Shown: piece after piece, positions 40,021 to 49,763 of the stretch
Layout: each line of letters starts with the position of its first letter
Position numbering within the stretch: the first letter of the stretch is position 1
NCBI GenBank assembly: GCA_937906925.1
Contig: CALCTR010000041.1
Location: 27,741 to 91,740, forward strand
Source of the DNA: an uncultured Alphaproteobacteria bacterium
GTDB lineage: Bacteria > Pseudomonadota > Alphaproteobacteria > CAAHEQ01 > UBA3637
Direction of reading: 5' to 3'
Length of the DNA: 64,000 nt
The notes under the pieces: model-generated
The model's database searches: none
Seen by the model: the letters and a program-made list of their open reading frames with translations, nothing else
What the model was told of the DNA's origin: nothing
Translations under genes and position numbers: made by a program

Positions 40021-40165
40021 AGTTTCACCTCATTTTTTGATAAACATATTACATCTTTTATCTTATTTTAAATAAAAAAGCAAGAAAGAAAAAAAGAAAG
40101 TTTTATGACGAAATATTTTTTTAAAAAAATACATTTTTTTGTAGATTAAAAAAAAAAGACTTGTT

Positions 40166-42334
40166 ATGATACAAATTATGTTTTGGAACACCGAAAAAAA
40201 ATATTATGAAACGTTATTGAATGTTGAAGAGGACGCCCGTCAAATTCGTTCTTTCAGCAACGCTCTTATTGCCACCAATCAAAAAGGAAAGGAACTTTTC
40301 GGAATAAAAGAAAATCCATTTTCTTTTTTAAAAGACGCCGAAAACGCTCAAAGTGTCCAAAAGCTAATTGATGCTTATTGCACACAAACACCGATTGAAG
40401 TAGAAATTAAAACCCTTCATCACATTTATTCTATTGGTATAAAACGTATCAAAAAAGCACTTTTAATTACGGCAAAAGATACTTCTGCCCAATATGCCTT
40501 ACATTTTAGTCTGACAAAACAGTTAGAGTTTATGTCAGATGTGCTCAGCACATTTTCAGACCCTGTTTATCTAACTGATAAAAAAGGTGTTCTTATTTAT
40601 GTTAATAAAGCTTTTTGCAACTTATTTGGCGTTTCATTTGATGATTTGCTTTCAAAAGAGTTACATAGTTTAATTCACGACGGATGCCCTGATTTTTCCG
40701 GTATTTGGAGTGGGACATTGTCTTTCAAAGCCAAAGAAGGATCTAAACTGTTCCATGTTATGCAACGCCCCTTTGATGCCCATGACACTCTTTATTTCTC
40801 AGGTGTTTTAAAAGAACAAAATGTTATAGAAAACGAAAAAAACACCTATCTGTTTTCAGAATCGCCCTTGCCTCTAGTCATTATTGATGCTCTTGATTAT
40901 CACATTTTGCAAAAAAATAAATCATTTATTCAGTTATTTAAGCAATCGGCATCAGATGAAGAAAAAACAAATATTTTAGATTTTTTTGAAAATACAAGAG
41001 ATGTGCTTTCATCAAAATTATCAAAATTAACAAACGGATTATCAAAAACAGAGAGAATTGATGTTATTTCTTCCCCTGAGTTTGGAGCAAAAACATTCAA
41101 TATTTTTGCAAGCTTTACGACAAGGACAAAAGATACTTTAATACTTTATTTAATTGACGCCTCCGAAAGAAAAAATTTAGAGTTACAATTTGCTCATGCT
41201 CAAAAAATGCAAGCCATCGGTCAACTTGCTGGCGGAATTGCACATGATTTCAACAACTTATTAACAGCCATTATCGGATTTTGCGATTTACTGTTACAAC
41301 GCTACAACCCAAATGACCCCTCCTTTTTGGATGTTATGCAAATTAAAGGGAATGCTAATAAAGCCTCCGGTCTTGTCGGTCAGTTGCTAACCTTTTCACG
41401 CAAACAACCCAGCAAAATTCAGGTTATCAATTTTCATGATGCCTTTATTGACTTATCAACTCTTTTACAACGAAGCATCGCCCCCTTTGTCAACCTTAAA
41501 ACTGAAATGAAACGTCAACTCGGCTGTGTTAAAATGGATCCAAATCAACTAACACAAATTTTCTTAAATTTAGCCGTTAATGCCAAAGATGCCATGAAAA
41601 GTGGCGGTACACTCAAAATATCTGCAACAAAAGAAAAGCTAAAAAAAGCAAAACCGTGTGGTAATGACATGATTCAATCGGGCGATTATATCAAAATTAT
41701 CGTTTCCGATAATGGCGAGGGTATATCATCAGAGCACTTACCCCATATTTTTGAACCATTTTTTACAACAAAAGGTGGTGCAACCGGTTCCGGAACCGGA
41801 TTGGGACTTTCTACCGTTTATGGAATTATCAGAGCTGCCGGCGGATATATTTCCGTTGACAGTGAAAAGGGTATTGGTACAACATTTATTATCTACCTAC
41901 CACGTATAGAATCTCCCCAACCCGCTCAAGTAGAACACAAGCCTATCAGAGCGGTCTTTACATCTTTAGAAACACCAAATATTTTACTGGTTGATGATGA
42001 AGATGGCGTTCGTCTTGTGGTTGCTCGGGTTCTTAAATCTAAAGGTTTTAACGTTACAGAATGTGCCAATGCCGAACAAGCTTTGGAGGAACTGTCCAAA
42101 CGATCTGATTTTGACTTGTTGTTAACGGATATGATTATGCCGGGAATTGATGGCGAAACACTCATCAAAAAAGCAAAAGGAGCTTATCCTAAATTAAAAG
42201 CGCTTTTAATGAGCGGTTATTCAGAAGATTTAGCACGACATGCATCTTCTGAAACTAAGGATTTATCCTTTATTTCAAAACCTTTTGAACTCAATCAATT
42301 ACTTGAAAAGGTTAAAGAAGTACTTGAAATATAA
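40166..42334 (+). CDS. Hybrid sensor histidine kinase (PAS-PAS-HisKA-HATPase-REC), CckA-like
   Basis: H-box 'IGQLAGGIAHDFNNLLTAI', G-boxes 'DNGEGI' and 'GTGLGLS', and a receiver 'ILLVDDEDGVR...LLLTDMIMPG'. No N-terminal TM helix is visible. Confidence 0.8.
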   Translation: MIQIMFWNTEKKYYETLLNVEEDARQIRSFSNALIATNQKGKELFGIKENPFSFLKDAENAQSVQKLIDAYCTQTPIEVEIKTLHHIYSIGIKRIKKALLITAKDTSAQYALHFSLTKQLEFMSDVLSTFSDPVYLTDKKGVLIYVNKAFCNLFGVSFDDLLSKELHSLIHDGCPDFSGIWSGTLSFKAKEGSKLFHVMQRPFDAHDTLYFSGVLKEQNVIENEKNTYLFSESPLPLVIIDALDYHILQKNKSFIQLFKQSASDEEKTNILDFFENTRDVLSSKLSKLTNGLSKTERIDVISSPEFGAKTFNIFASFTTRTKDTLILYLIDASERKNLELQFAHAQKMQAIGQLAGGIAHDFNNLLTAIIGFCDLLLQRYNPNDPSFLDVMQIKGNANKASGLVGQLLTFSRKQPSKIQVINFHDAFIDLSTLLQRSIAPFVNLKTEMKRQLGCVKMDPNQLTQIFLNLAVNAKDAMKSGGTLKISATKEKLKKAKPCGNDMIQSGDYIKIIVSDNGEGISSEHLPHIFEPFFTTKGGATGSGTGLGLSTVYGIIRAAGGYISVDSEKGIGTTFIIYLPRIESPQPAQVEHKPIRAVFTSLETPNILLVDDEDGVRLVVARVLKSKGFNVTECANAEQALEELSKRSDFDLLLTDMIMPGIDGETLIKKAKGAYPKLKALLMSGYSEDLARHASSETKDLSFISKPFELNQLLEKVKEVLEI

Positions 42335-42730
42335 ATGATAGGATTTTTTATGAAAAATATAACATTAACAATGTCTGATTTTTTTTCTTACGGTTTAATC
42401 GGAGCCACATTGGCCCTACTCTATATGTTTTTGCTTTGGCAGACAATATCCATTATTAAACAAAGTAAACATAAAAATTTAATACTATTTATTTCAGCTA
42501 CACTTAGAATTTTTCTTTTAATTTTTATCGCTCTTGTTTTCTCAAATCAAAATACCGGTATTTTTATAATTATCATGTGTGGCTTTTTATTAATGCGAGC
42601 CATACTTATCAAACTGTCAAGACCGTCTCTTAAAAAGAAATTGACTTCTTCTGAACTTCTTTATGCAGAAAATAAAAAAACATTTTCTAAAACAAGACGA
42701 AACACTAAATCAAGAAAAAAGAAATACTAA
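42335..42730 (+). CDS. Small hydrophobic protein, tentatively AtpR/AtpI-like, with a basic tail
   Basis: Three or four TM helices. The pattern 'GLIGATLALLYMFLLWQT...ATLRIFLL...GFLLMRAI' is reminiscent of N-ATPase AtpR. The ATG directly abuts the kinase stop. Confidence 0.3.
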   Translation: MIGFFMKNITLTMSDFFSYGLIGATLALLYMFLLWQTISIIKQSKHKNLILFISATLRIFLLIFIALVFSNQNTGIFIIIMCGFLLMRAILIKLSRPSLKKKLTSSELLYAENKKTFSKTRRNTKSRKKKY

Positions 42731-42916
42731 TATATTAAAAGAATACAGGATATTTTAAGCTCTGACACACCTTGTTGTGCAGTATGAGATTTTTCATTTA
42801 AGTACCAGTATTATAAACGGATAAAAATTAAATCTGACCAACAATTCTTTTGTTTCAAACATTTTATAAAGTTACTATAACATATTCATTTTATTAATAA
42901 TTATCATATGAACAGC

Positions 42917-42956
42917 AAAAAAAGCCAACCCTGTGTATTTAGGATTGGCTTTTTTA
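42917..42956. terminator. Bidirectional terminator
   Basis: Stem gccaaccct/aggattggc (one mismatch) flanked by an A-run and a T-run. Confidence 0.6.
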
Positions 42957-42966
42957 TTTTACAGGT

Positions 42967-44862
42967 TTAATTTTTCACCCGTTGACGGTATTGTTTTTCT
43001 TCGGGCTTCTTCTCAAACTCTTCTATACCGTATTTATCCCACTTTAAAATCAACTCTTTATCGTCAAATTTAACAATGGAAGCATAATCAATAAACTGAC
43101 CATCTACATTACGATAGGCACGGTATTTTGAAATTTGAACAACGGTATCTTCCCAATGATTATGCTTAACGGGAATGCGAACTTCTTCAAAAGTTTCTCG
43201 TTCTTTTACCAAGTCCTCTTGATATTCCAAAATTAAAAAGCCATCCAAATTTTTGATTCTGTCTTTTAAAATCCGAACATCCGGATTTGTTTTAGCAGCA
43301 TCCTCAATCGTTTTCATAAACGGAGGATCAATCAAATAAAAATAACTTTTATCTGAGACATAACCTGACAAAATTTCTTCTTTTGTTTTATCAATCAATT
43401 TTTGTGTTTTGATAGATGGGCGATTTAAAAAGCCATAATTGACATTCTTTTTATACTTAAGAGCCCATCTCCACATATTACGATAATTCTCATTATGGGC
43501 AAAGATAAAGACGTTCGGGTATTCTTTATTCAAACGCTCCCATTCCGGCGAAACCATCGGCAACGGCTCTTTAGGAGAGATATAAACAAAATCCGATTTT
43601 GCCTTATATGTCGGATATAAATCCCAAATTTGGATAAATAAGAACGCCGGCAATAAAAGAACAGCTCCTCTCGGATACTTTTGTACAAATGTTTTGATAA
43701 CAAAAAAAGCTAACAAATACCATATTGGCCAAAAGAAACGCCCTGAATAACGAAAAACATTTCCCAACCAATCAATAAATGGACCCGGTTTATAATCTAA
43801 AACAACAAAAGTACCGAGTTTTACTTGTGAAGACAACGCAAAAATCGTTAATCCTAACAGTAATAAAGCCAATGGATAATGACGTCTTAAATTTTCTCCT
43901 GAAAATAAGCGTTTAACCGATGGGAAACAAATCAACAACAATAGTAATAGACCAAAACCGAAATAGTTATCTGCATCAAAATCGGCAGCCGGTGTTAATG
44001 TATTAAAGATACGGGATTGACTCCAAATCGGATTAAACAGGGCCGTTAAATTCAAACCCAATCCTCTCCATCCGCCACTGGCCAAGTTCTGTTCCGTTGT
44101 TACCATACCAAGCAAATAGAACCAAAAACCAAAAACGCCGGCCAAAAAGAGTAAACCTTTACAAAGTGTTTTAAATCCCAAAGTTTTCTCAATCCAAAAT
44201 TTTTGCCAAATTAAAATAGCAAAAAAGCCACTGATTATCGGCAAAAAGTACGGACATGTCAAAATAGCAAAAGAGAATAAAACACCCATCCATATCCAAT
44301 CTTTTTTAATTAAGCGATTATTTAAATAAAGTAATAAGGTGAACAACACAATGAAATGGCACATTAAATTAATATGCACAAAAACTCGCATCATCATAAT
44401 CGGGGCTGAAACAAAAAACAGCGAAGCAATAACGATAAAATATTTATTTTTAAAAGCATGACGGAAAATAAGAACAGAAGCTATTGCCTGTAAGATATAA
44501 CAGAATAGCATCCACGGACCGACAAACTGAGCCTCAGCCGTTAGACCAAAAAACTTATGAAACACTTTAAAAATTAATGATAAAAGAGGTGAGCCATCTG
44601 TTCCATGAACAGAAATACCATACGGATAGGCCAAATTCATATGCGTAAAAATCGGCCATCTCCATTCATCAAGCCGATAAAAAACACTTCCCAAATAAGA
44701 AACTGTAAAGTCTCCACCTTTTACAACAAAATCCGTATTGTAAATATTAAGTGAGAGTAACCCCCACAAATATAAATAACAAGCTATCGTAATGGCAATG
44801 GTTACTAAAATATCCATATTACGCATTACAAAACCGTCTTTAGCAAAAATTTTTTTCAGCAT
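42967..44862 (-). CDS. Large polytopic membrane protein, GT-C-like glycosyltransferase candidate (DUF6311-like), with a soluble C-terminal domain
   Basis: About 12 or more TM helices. An early loop 'WRWPIFTHMNLAYPYGISVHGTDGSPLL' is typical of lipid-linked-sugar transferases. Downstream of a GT2 gene. Confidence 0.5.
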   Translation of the reverse strand: MLKKIFAKDGFVMRNMDILVTIAITIACYLYLWGLLSLNIYNTDFVVKGGDFTVSYLGSVFYRLDEWRWPIFTHMNLAYPYGISVHGTDGSPLLSLIFKVFHKFFGLTAEAQFVGPWMLFCYILQAIASVLIFRHAFKNKYFIVIASLFFVSAPIMMMRVFVHINLMCHFIVLFTLLLYLNNRLIKKDWIWMGVLFSFAILTCPYFLPIISGFFAILIWQKFWIEKTLGFKTLCKGLLFLAGVFGFWFYLLGMVTTEQNLASGGWRGLGLNLTALFNPIWSQSRIFNTLTPAADFDADNYFGFGLLLLLLICFPSVKRLFSGENLRRHYPLALLLLGLTIFALSSQVKLGTFVVLDYKPGPFIDWLGNVFRYSGRFFWPIWYLLAFFVIKTFVQKYPRGAVLLLPAFLFIQIWDLYPTYKAKSDFVYISPKEPLPMVSPEWERLNKEYPNVFIFAHNENYRNMWRWALKYKKNVNYGFLNRPSIKTQKLIDKTKEEILSGYVSDKSYFYLIDPPFMKTIEDAAKTNPDVRILKDRIKNLDGFLILEYQEDLVKERETFEEVRIPVKHNHWEDTVVQISKYRAYRNVDGQFIDYASIVKFDDKELILKWDKYGIEEFEKKPEEKQYRQRVKN

Positions 44863-44873
44863 TTACACCTCTT

Positions 44874-45809
44874 TTATTTTTTTACTAATGTTGTCTTTTG
44901 AATAATATATTTCGGACGTCTTTTTGTTTCCATAAAGACCATACCAACATATTCGCCGATTATCCCCATCATAAAAAGTTGAACTCCTCCTAAAATAAGA
45001 ACAACACTCATTAAAGAAGCCCATCCTGTTATAACAGAACCGACAAACAATTTTTGATACAGCACATATGCTGTAAAGAAAAAACCAAAAGCAGCTATCA
45101 ACAATCCCAAATAAATTGCAAACCGCAATGGTTTAATACTAAACGAAGTCGCTCCTAAAAGAGCTAATCCCACCATTTTTCTAAATGTATAGGAACTGGT
45201 ACCTTTAAATCTCTTCTCTGCACAATAAGGGATAGCCTTTTGTCTAAACCCCATCCAAAACACCATCCCACGCAAAAAAAGATTACTTTCCTGCATAGAG
45301 ACCAAAACCTTACAGGCTTTTTTATCCAAAAGACGAAAATCTGCCGTTCCTTTAGGTAATTTTAACCCTGAAAAAAAAGAAAATAACTTATAAAACAAAG
45401 ACGAAGTTAATTTTTTTATAAAACCGGCATCCATCGTATCTTTTCTAATCGTATAAACAATATCGTACCCATCTAACCAGTCAGCTATCATATTCTCTAC
45501 TAATTCAGGCGGATGTTGTAAATCTCCATCCATTGAAATAACACAGTCGCCTGTTGCATAATCCAAACCGGCACGCAATGCATATTGGTGACCAAAATTG
45601 CGTGAAAATGAAATATAATTAATCCGATTGTTTTGTTTGTATTTCTCTTCCAATATAAGAGCCGTATCATCAGAGCTACCGTCATCAACAAAAATAACTT
45701 CATAATCGGCATATTTTTCCAGTACCGGCAAAAGCCGCTCTAATAGCGGATTAATATTTTCAGCTTCATTATACACTGGTATAACAACAGAAATCTTAAA
45801 CTTTTCCAT
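44874..45809 (-). CDS. Family 2 glycosyltransferase, polyprenyl-phosphate sugar synthase type (ArnC/GtrB/DPM1-like)
   Basis: 'VVIPVYNEAENI', 'DDGSSD', 'DGDLQHPP' and two C-terminal TM helices. Confidence 0.82.
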   Translation of the reverse strand: MEKFKISVVIPVYNEAENINPLLERLLPVLEKYADYEVIFVDDGSSDDTALILEEKYKQNNRINYISFSRNFGHQYALRAGLDYATGDCVISMDGDLQHPPELVENMIADWLDGYDIVYTIRKDTMDAGFIKKLTSSLFYKLFSFFSGLKLPKGTADFRLLDKKACKVLVSMQESNLFLRGMVFWMGFRQKAIPYCAEKRFKGTSSYTFRKMVGLALLGATSFSIKPLRFAIYLGLLIAAFGFFFTAYVLYQKLFVGSVITGWASLMSVVLILGGVQLFMMGIIGEYVGMVFMETKRRPKYIIQKTTLVKK

Positions 45810-45861
45810 TTTTTCCCTATCTTTTTATGTTACCCTACCCTATTTTAAAGTAAATGTAAAT

Positions 45862-45894
45862 AAAAAAACGACGCCCTTAAAAAAAAGCGCCGTT
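45862..45894 (-). terminator. Intrinsic terminator after the ferredoxin gene
   Basis: On the minus strand: aacggcgc...gcgtcgtt (one mismatch) followed by a T-run. Confidence 0.45.
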
Positions 45895-45911
45895 CTCTTT
45901 ATAAAAAAGCA

Positions 45912-46145
45912 TTAAGCCTTTGGACATTCCGCTGATTTTTCAGCATTAAATTTAATCCATTTTTCATCAGCTTCATCACTGGAACTGATGGCTCCTTGCG
46001 GACATTCGGCAATACAAACACCACAATCAATACAGTCATCAGGATTAACAACAACCTGTGTACCAGCATCGTGGAATGCTCCAACCGGACAGACTTCAAC
46101 ACAACTTTTGCACAATACACATGAATCATTTACTACTGAAGGCAT
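45912..46145 (-). CDS. 2x[4Fe-4S] ferredoxin
   Basis: Two CxxCxxCxxxCP motifs: 'CVLCKSCVEVCP' and 'CIDCGVCIAECP'. 77 aa. Confidence 0.9.
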   Translation of the reverse strand: MPSVVNDSCVLCKSCVEVCPVGAFHDAGTQVVVNPDDCIDCGVCIAECPQGAISSSDEADEKWIKFNAEKSAECPKA

Positions 46146-46239
46146 AAAATTCTCCTTATTAAATATTTAACACGTGGATATATTACTCCTAAAAAAAAAA
46201 TGTGCAAGTATTTTTTCGCATTTATCATAAAATATCTTC

Positions 46240-46268
46240 TTGACGAAAAATAAAATCATCCATATGAT
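46240..46268 (+). promoter_or_regulatory. Putative sigma70 promoter of the cupin gene
   Basis: TTGACG (46240-45), 17-nt spacer, TATGAT (46263-68). Confidence 0.45.
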
Positions 46269-46294
46269 GGTATCAATTATCTAAGGAGACAACT

Positions 46295-46657
46295 ATGAGT
46301 ATAAGTTATAAAATCGGAGATAAAGATACTAGACCCTGGGGAACATGGGAAACAATAGATGTTCAAGAAAACTTCGTTATTAAAAAGATTATTGTCAATC
46401 CCAACGGTGTTCTTTCTCTACAAAAACACCGTTTCAGATCAGAACATTGGATTATTACACAAGGCAAAGGTATTGTTACGCTAAATGATACGAAAAGAGA
46501 ATACTTTCAAAATGAACATGTTTTTATACCGGTTGAAGCAATTCATCGCATTGAAAACCATGAAAATATACCTTTAGAATTTATTGAAATACAGTTGGGA
46601 TCTCTTTTAGATGAAAATGACATCATCCGATTAGAGGATATTTATAATCGCATTTAA
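46295..46657 (+). CDS. Cupin-domain protein, type II mannose-6-phosphate isomerase-like
   Basis: 'RPWGTWETI', 'LSLQKHRFRSEHWIITQGKG', 'IHRIEN' and 'DIIRLEDIYNR'. Confidence 0.78.
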   Translation: MSISYKIGDKDTRPWGTWETIDVQENFVIKKIIVNPNGVLSLQKHRFRSEHWIITQGKGIVTLNDTKREYFQNEHVFIPVEAIHRIENHENIPLEFIEIQLGSLLDENDIIRLEDIYNRI

Positions 46658-47485
46658 TTATAATTCCGGTTTCAAATCATTTGGAATCTTCCAAAAATTT
46701 TCATTTTTATGAATGGGTGTATAAAGCATATTATACGATTCAACCAGAAACCCTAAAGGATTACCCAATGTTTTCGGCCCATTAAAAGTCGTTCTGATAA
46801 AGACACGATGCCTTAAACGACGATAAGCATGTTTTTCCTTACAAGAAAGGCATGCCTTTGAATTATCCGTACAAGGACATAATTGTTTATAAGCATCCGG
46901 TATCGGCATATCAAAAGTATCAATAACCGCTTCCCAAAGATTAGCTTTAATCAATTTGAGTTCATAAATATGTACATCTCTGACAAAACCCACCGTTCTG
47001 GATTCTGCAAAAACACCATCTGCTCCAACTCTAAAGGGGGCATAAACCTTTTTATGACTTGAAAAAATATGGACAGGTCCGCCAATATCCCATCTGCTTT
47101 TCATGACTGCATTATCCCAAACAATACTGTGGCGATTATAAATATAATTTCTTAGAAGTTTTTCTGAAAAAAGAACAATAGATGAAATACGTTTTGTTGC
47201 ATGTTCCGAGGGTATCAGTACTTGTCTAGATGAATCTAAAGTATATAAATGCACTAAATTTCTATTAAAAATACGAACATCAACCCGATCGGCATAATAC
47301 GTATAAAAACCAGCGATTGCTATTAAAGCAGCCAAATTCAAAAAAATAAACAGGGCTAATAATCTGGATGTTTTTAAATACCGTCTTTCCGGCAATGCAG
47401 GGACCTGCATATGCTCCGGATACCGACCCAAAACATCCGGTGAATCCGCTTTAGAACGTCTAAAGAAAAAACTGATTATATTCAT
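46658..47485 (-). CDS. VirB8-like type IV secretion inner-membrane component (solitary)
   Basis: Bitopic layout: cytoplasmic N-terminus, one TM ('LLALFIFLNLAALIAIAGFYTYY'), then a periplasmic domain. 'EKLLRNYIYNRHSI' and C-terminal 'GNPLGFLVESY' match the VirB8 hallmark 'NPLG(Y/F)xVxxY'. Confidence 0.55.
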   Translation of the reverse strand: MNIISFFFRRSKADSPDVLGRYPEHMQVPALPERRYLKTSRLLALFIFLNLAALIAIAGFYTYYADRVDVRIFNRNLVHLYTLDSSRQVLIPSEHATKRISSIVLFSEKLLRNYIYNRHSIVWDNAVMKSRWDIGGPVHIFSSHKKVYAPFRVGADGVFAESRTVGFVRDVHIYELKLIKANLWEAVIDTFDMPIPDAYKQLCPCTDNSKACLSCKEKHAYRRLRHRVFIRTTFNGPKTLGNPLGFLVESYNMLYTPIHKNENFWKIPNDLKPEL

Positions 47486-47571
47486 CCTGCCCCCATTTTA
47501 ATAAATCTATCTAAAAAAGGATAATAAAAGAAAAAAAATAAATCAAGCTTTTTATTTTAAAATCAGCTTTT

Positions 47572-48648
47572 CTAATTTTTTGTTTGTAATAAATGAAGCG
47601 TTTCTACCGCATCATAATCCTCTTGAAAAACAAAGGCTTTTTCTTTTAAGTCTGTATATTCCTTTATATCTGAATCAGTTATTTTTTTCTTGACATTATC
47701 AGATAAAATAATTTTTCTGACTTTTTCAAATCGCTCTAAAGAAACATCAGTCATAACGGGCGTATTTTCCAAAACTTCTGTTAAACCTGAGGTATCACCC
47801 ATACAAAAACAAACCCCATCACAACCAGCGTTTAAAGAAGAAATCACTTTTTCTGAAAGAGAACCGTTTAACGCTTTCATATCTAATGCATCTGTTATTA
47901 AAAAACCGTCAAAACCAATTTCTTTACGAATAACATTTTGAATCACTTTTTTTGATTGTGTAACCGGTTTATTATCTAATTGGCTAAGAACAATATGTGC
48001 TGTCATCATCATCGGTGTTTTTTGCGACAACATTTTGAATGGATAAAAGTCTTTTTTTAGTTTTTCAAAAGAAGCATCTAAATACGGCAATTCTAAATGA
48101 GGATCTAAAGTTATTCGCCCATGCCCCGGTACATGTTTGAGACAAGGTACGATATTATTTTTTATATAAACAGTCATCATTTCTTCTGCCAAACGGCTAA
48201 CAACACGTTCATCAGAAGAAAAACATCTTGTCTTTAATACATTATCCGTTTTTTGGAATAAAATATCTGCACATGGTGCATAATTTAAATTAAATCCCAA
48301 AGATAGTAAGTCATTGGAAATTAACATAGCTTGTAATTTTGTTGCCTTGATTTGATCTTTTAAACTTAAAAAACTACCCAAACTTTTTTGCGATAAATAG
48401 TCTCTAAAATACGGCGATTTTAATCTGGCTACCCGTCCACCTTCTTGGTCTATGGCAACTATGACATCATCACGCTCCAAAACATCTTTGATACTTAAAA
48501 TTAAATTTTTTGTTTGTTCAGGCGTATCTATATTTCGTGCAAATAATGTTACACCCAATGGATTATGCTTATTTAACAAATACTTTTCAGTATCGGATAA
48601 TTCAAAAGAGGCAACTGAAACCATACAACTTTTTATTTCTTTTTTCAT
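47572..48648 (-). CDS. nagZ: Beta-N-acetylhexosaminidase (GH3)
   Basis: 'AIDQEGGRVARL' and 'LKHVPGHGR'. Confidence 0.85.
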   Translation of the reverse strand: MKKEIKSCMVSVASFELSDTEKYLLNKHNPLGVTLFARNIDTPEQTKNLILSIKDVLERDDVIVAIDQEGGRVARLKSPYFRDYLSQKSLGSFLSLKDQIKATKLQAMLISNDLLSLGFNLNYAPCADILFQKTDNVLKTRCFSSDERVVSRLAEEMMTVYIKNNIVPCLKHVPGHGRITLDPHLELPYLDASFEKLKKDFYPFKMLSQKTPMMMTAHIVLSQLDNKPVTQSKKVIQNVIRKEIGFDGFLITDALDMKALNGSLSEKVISSLNAGCDGVCFCMGDTSGLTEVLENTPVMTDVSLERFEKVRKIILSDNVKKKITDSDIKEYTDLKEKAFVFQEDYDAVETLHLLQTKN

Positions 48649-48656
48649 ACCCTACT

Positions 48657-49739
48657 CTACCTTTTTTGTAATATACACATAAAAAATCCGTCTGTGTTTG
48701 TTCGCCAGGGTGAATATCTGTTTGTTTCAACAACATGGAAAGACGGGAAGTTTTTAATAAAATCAGTTACTTGATTCTCATTTTCATCATACGTCAAAGA
48801 ACAGGTAATATAAACCAGAAAATGACCGTTTTTAACATATTCTTGAGCAACGGATAAAATTTCAGCTTGCTTTTGGGTAATATTATACAGTTGCCTTTCG
48901 CTTAACGTCCATCTAAGATCAGGACTTCTACGCCATGTACCCGTTCCCGTACACGGGGCATCAACAACAACATAATCAAACTTTTTATGCGGGGGAGGCA
49001 ATTTAAAAACCGGTTTAATAATACTAACATTGGCACGCCAGGCCCTTTTTGACAACTCACTTAATCTTTTATAAGAGGCATCATAAGCTTGAATAAAGCC
49101 TCTGTTCTGCATCATTTGTGCAAAAATAAGAGACTTTCCGCCAGCTCCTGCACAAAAATCAAAAACATCATCATTCGGTTTTATTCCTGTTGCAAGCGAC
49201 AGCAATTGAGCCCCTTCATCTTGAATTTCTATCAATCCCTTTTTAAAAGTTTTACTTTCTTTAAGATTTGCATATTCTTTTAAAATAATACCTAATGGCG
49301 AATGCTCACAGGCTGTAACCTCCAATCCTTCGGCTTGCAACATTTTTAAAATGTCGTTTCTGTCTCCATTAGCCCTTAAAACAATAGGTGCCGGTTGTAA
49401 CATAGCTTCTAACTCTGGCTCAGGGTCCGGAAGATGATTTAAAAACCATTCTTGAACTTCTAACCGAACCGGTAACGGCATATCTTTTGAATCAGGTATT
49501 CCGTTTTCCTTCATTTGCTTCAACTTAAACAACCAATCTGAATTGGGATAAACATAATTTAATCTGGCTTTTACACGAATAGCACCCCAAATTAAATCTA
49601 AAAGAAGCTTTCTCTCCTCTGCTTCAATATATTTATGCTTTTTGGTGTAAGAATTAACAATCTCATTAGCCGTTGAAGCAGATGAATCAATTTTTGTCAG
49701 CAATTCGGCAGCAATAATGTAAATCTCTTCTTCTTTCAT
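48657..49739 (-). CDS. RsmB/NOP2/Sun-family RNA m5C methyltransferase
   Basis: SAM motif 'FDFCAGAGGKS', catalytic 'DAPCTGTGTWRRSPD' and 'TCSL'. Confidence 0.8.
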   Translation of the reverse strand: MKEEEIYIIAAELLTKIDSSASTANEIVNSYTKKHKYIEAEERKLLLDLIWGAIRVKARLNYVYPNSDWLFKLKQMKENGIPDSKDMPLPVRLEVQEWFLNHLPDPEPELEAMLQPAPIVLRANGDRNDILKMLQAEGLEVTACEHSPLGIILKEYANLKESKTFKKGLIEIQDEGAQLLSLATGIKPNDDVFDFCAGAGGKSLIFAQMMQNRGFIQAYDASYKRLSELSKRAWRANVSIIKPVFKLPPPHKKFDYVVVDAPCTGTGTWRRSPDLRWTLSERQLYNITQKQAEILSVAQEYVKNGHFLVYITCSLTYDENENQVTDFIKNFPSFHVVETNRYSPWRTNTDGFFMCILQKR

Positions 49740-49763
49740 GTCTTACCTTTTATCAAATAATTT

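Noticed and set aside
45899-46129. Alternative-frame ORF overlapping the ferredoxin gene
   Set aside because: The 45912-46145 frame carries two perfect CxxCxxCxxxCP motifs. The other frame has no recognisable features.
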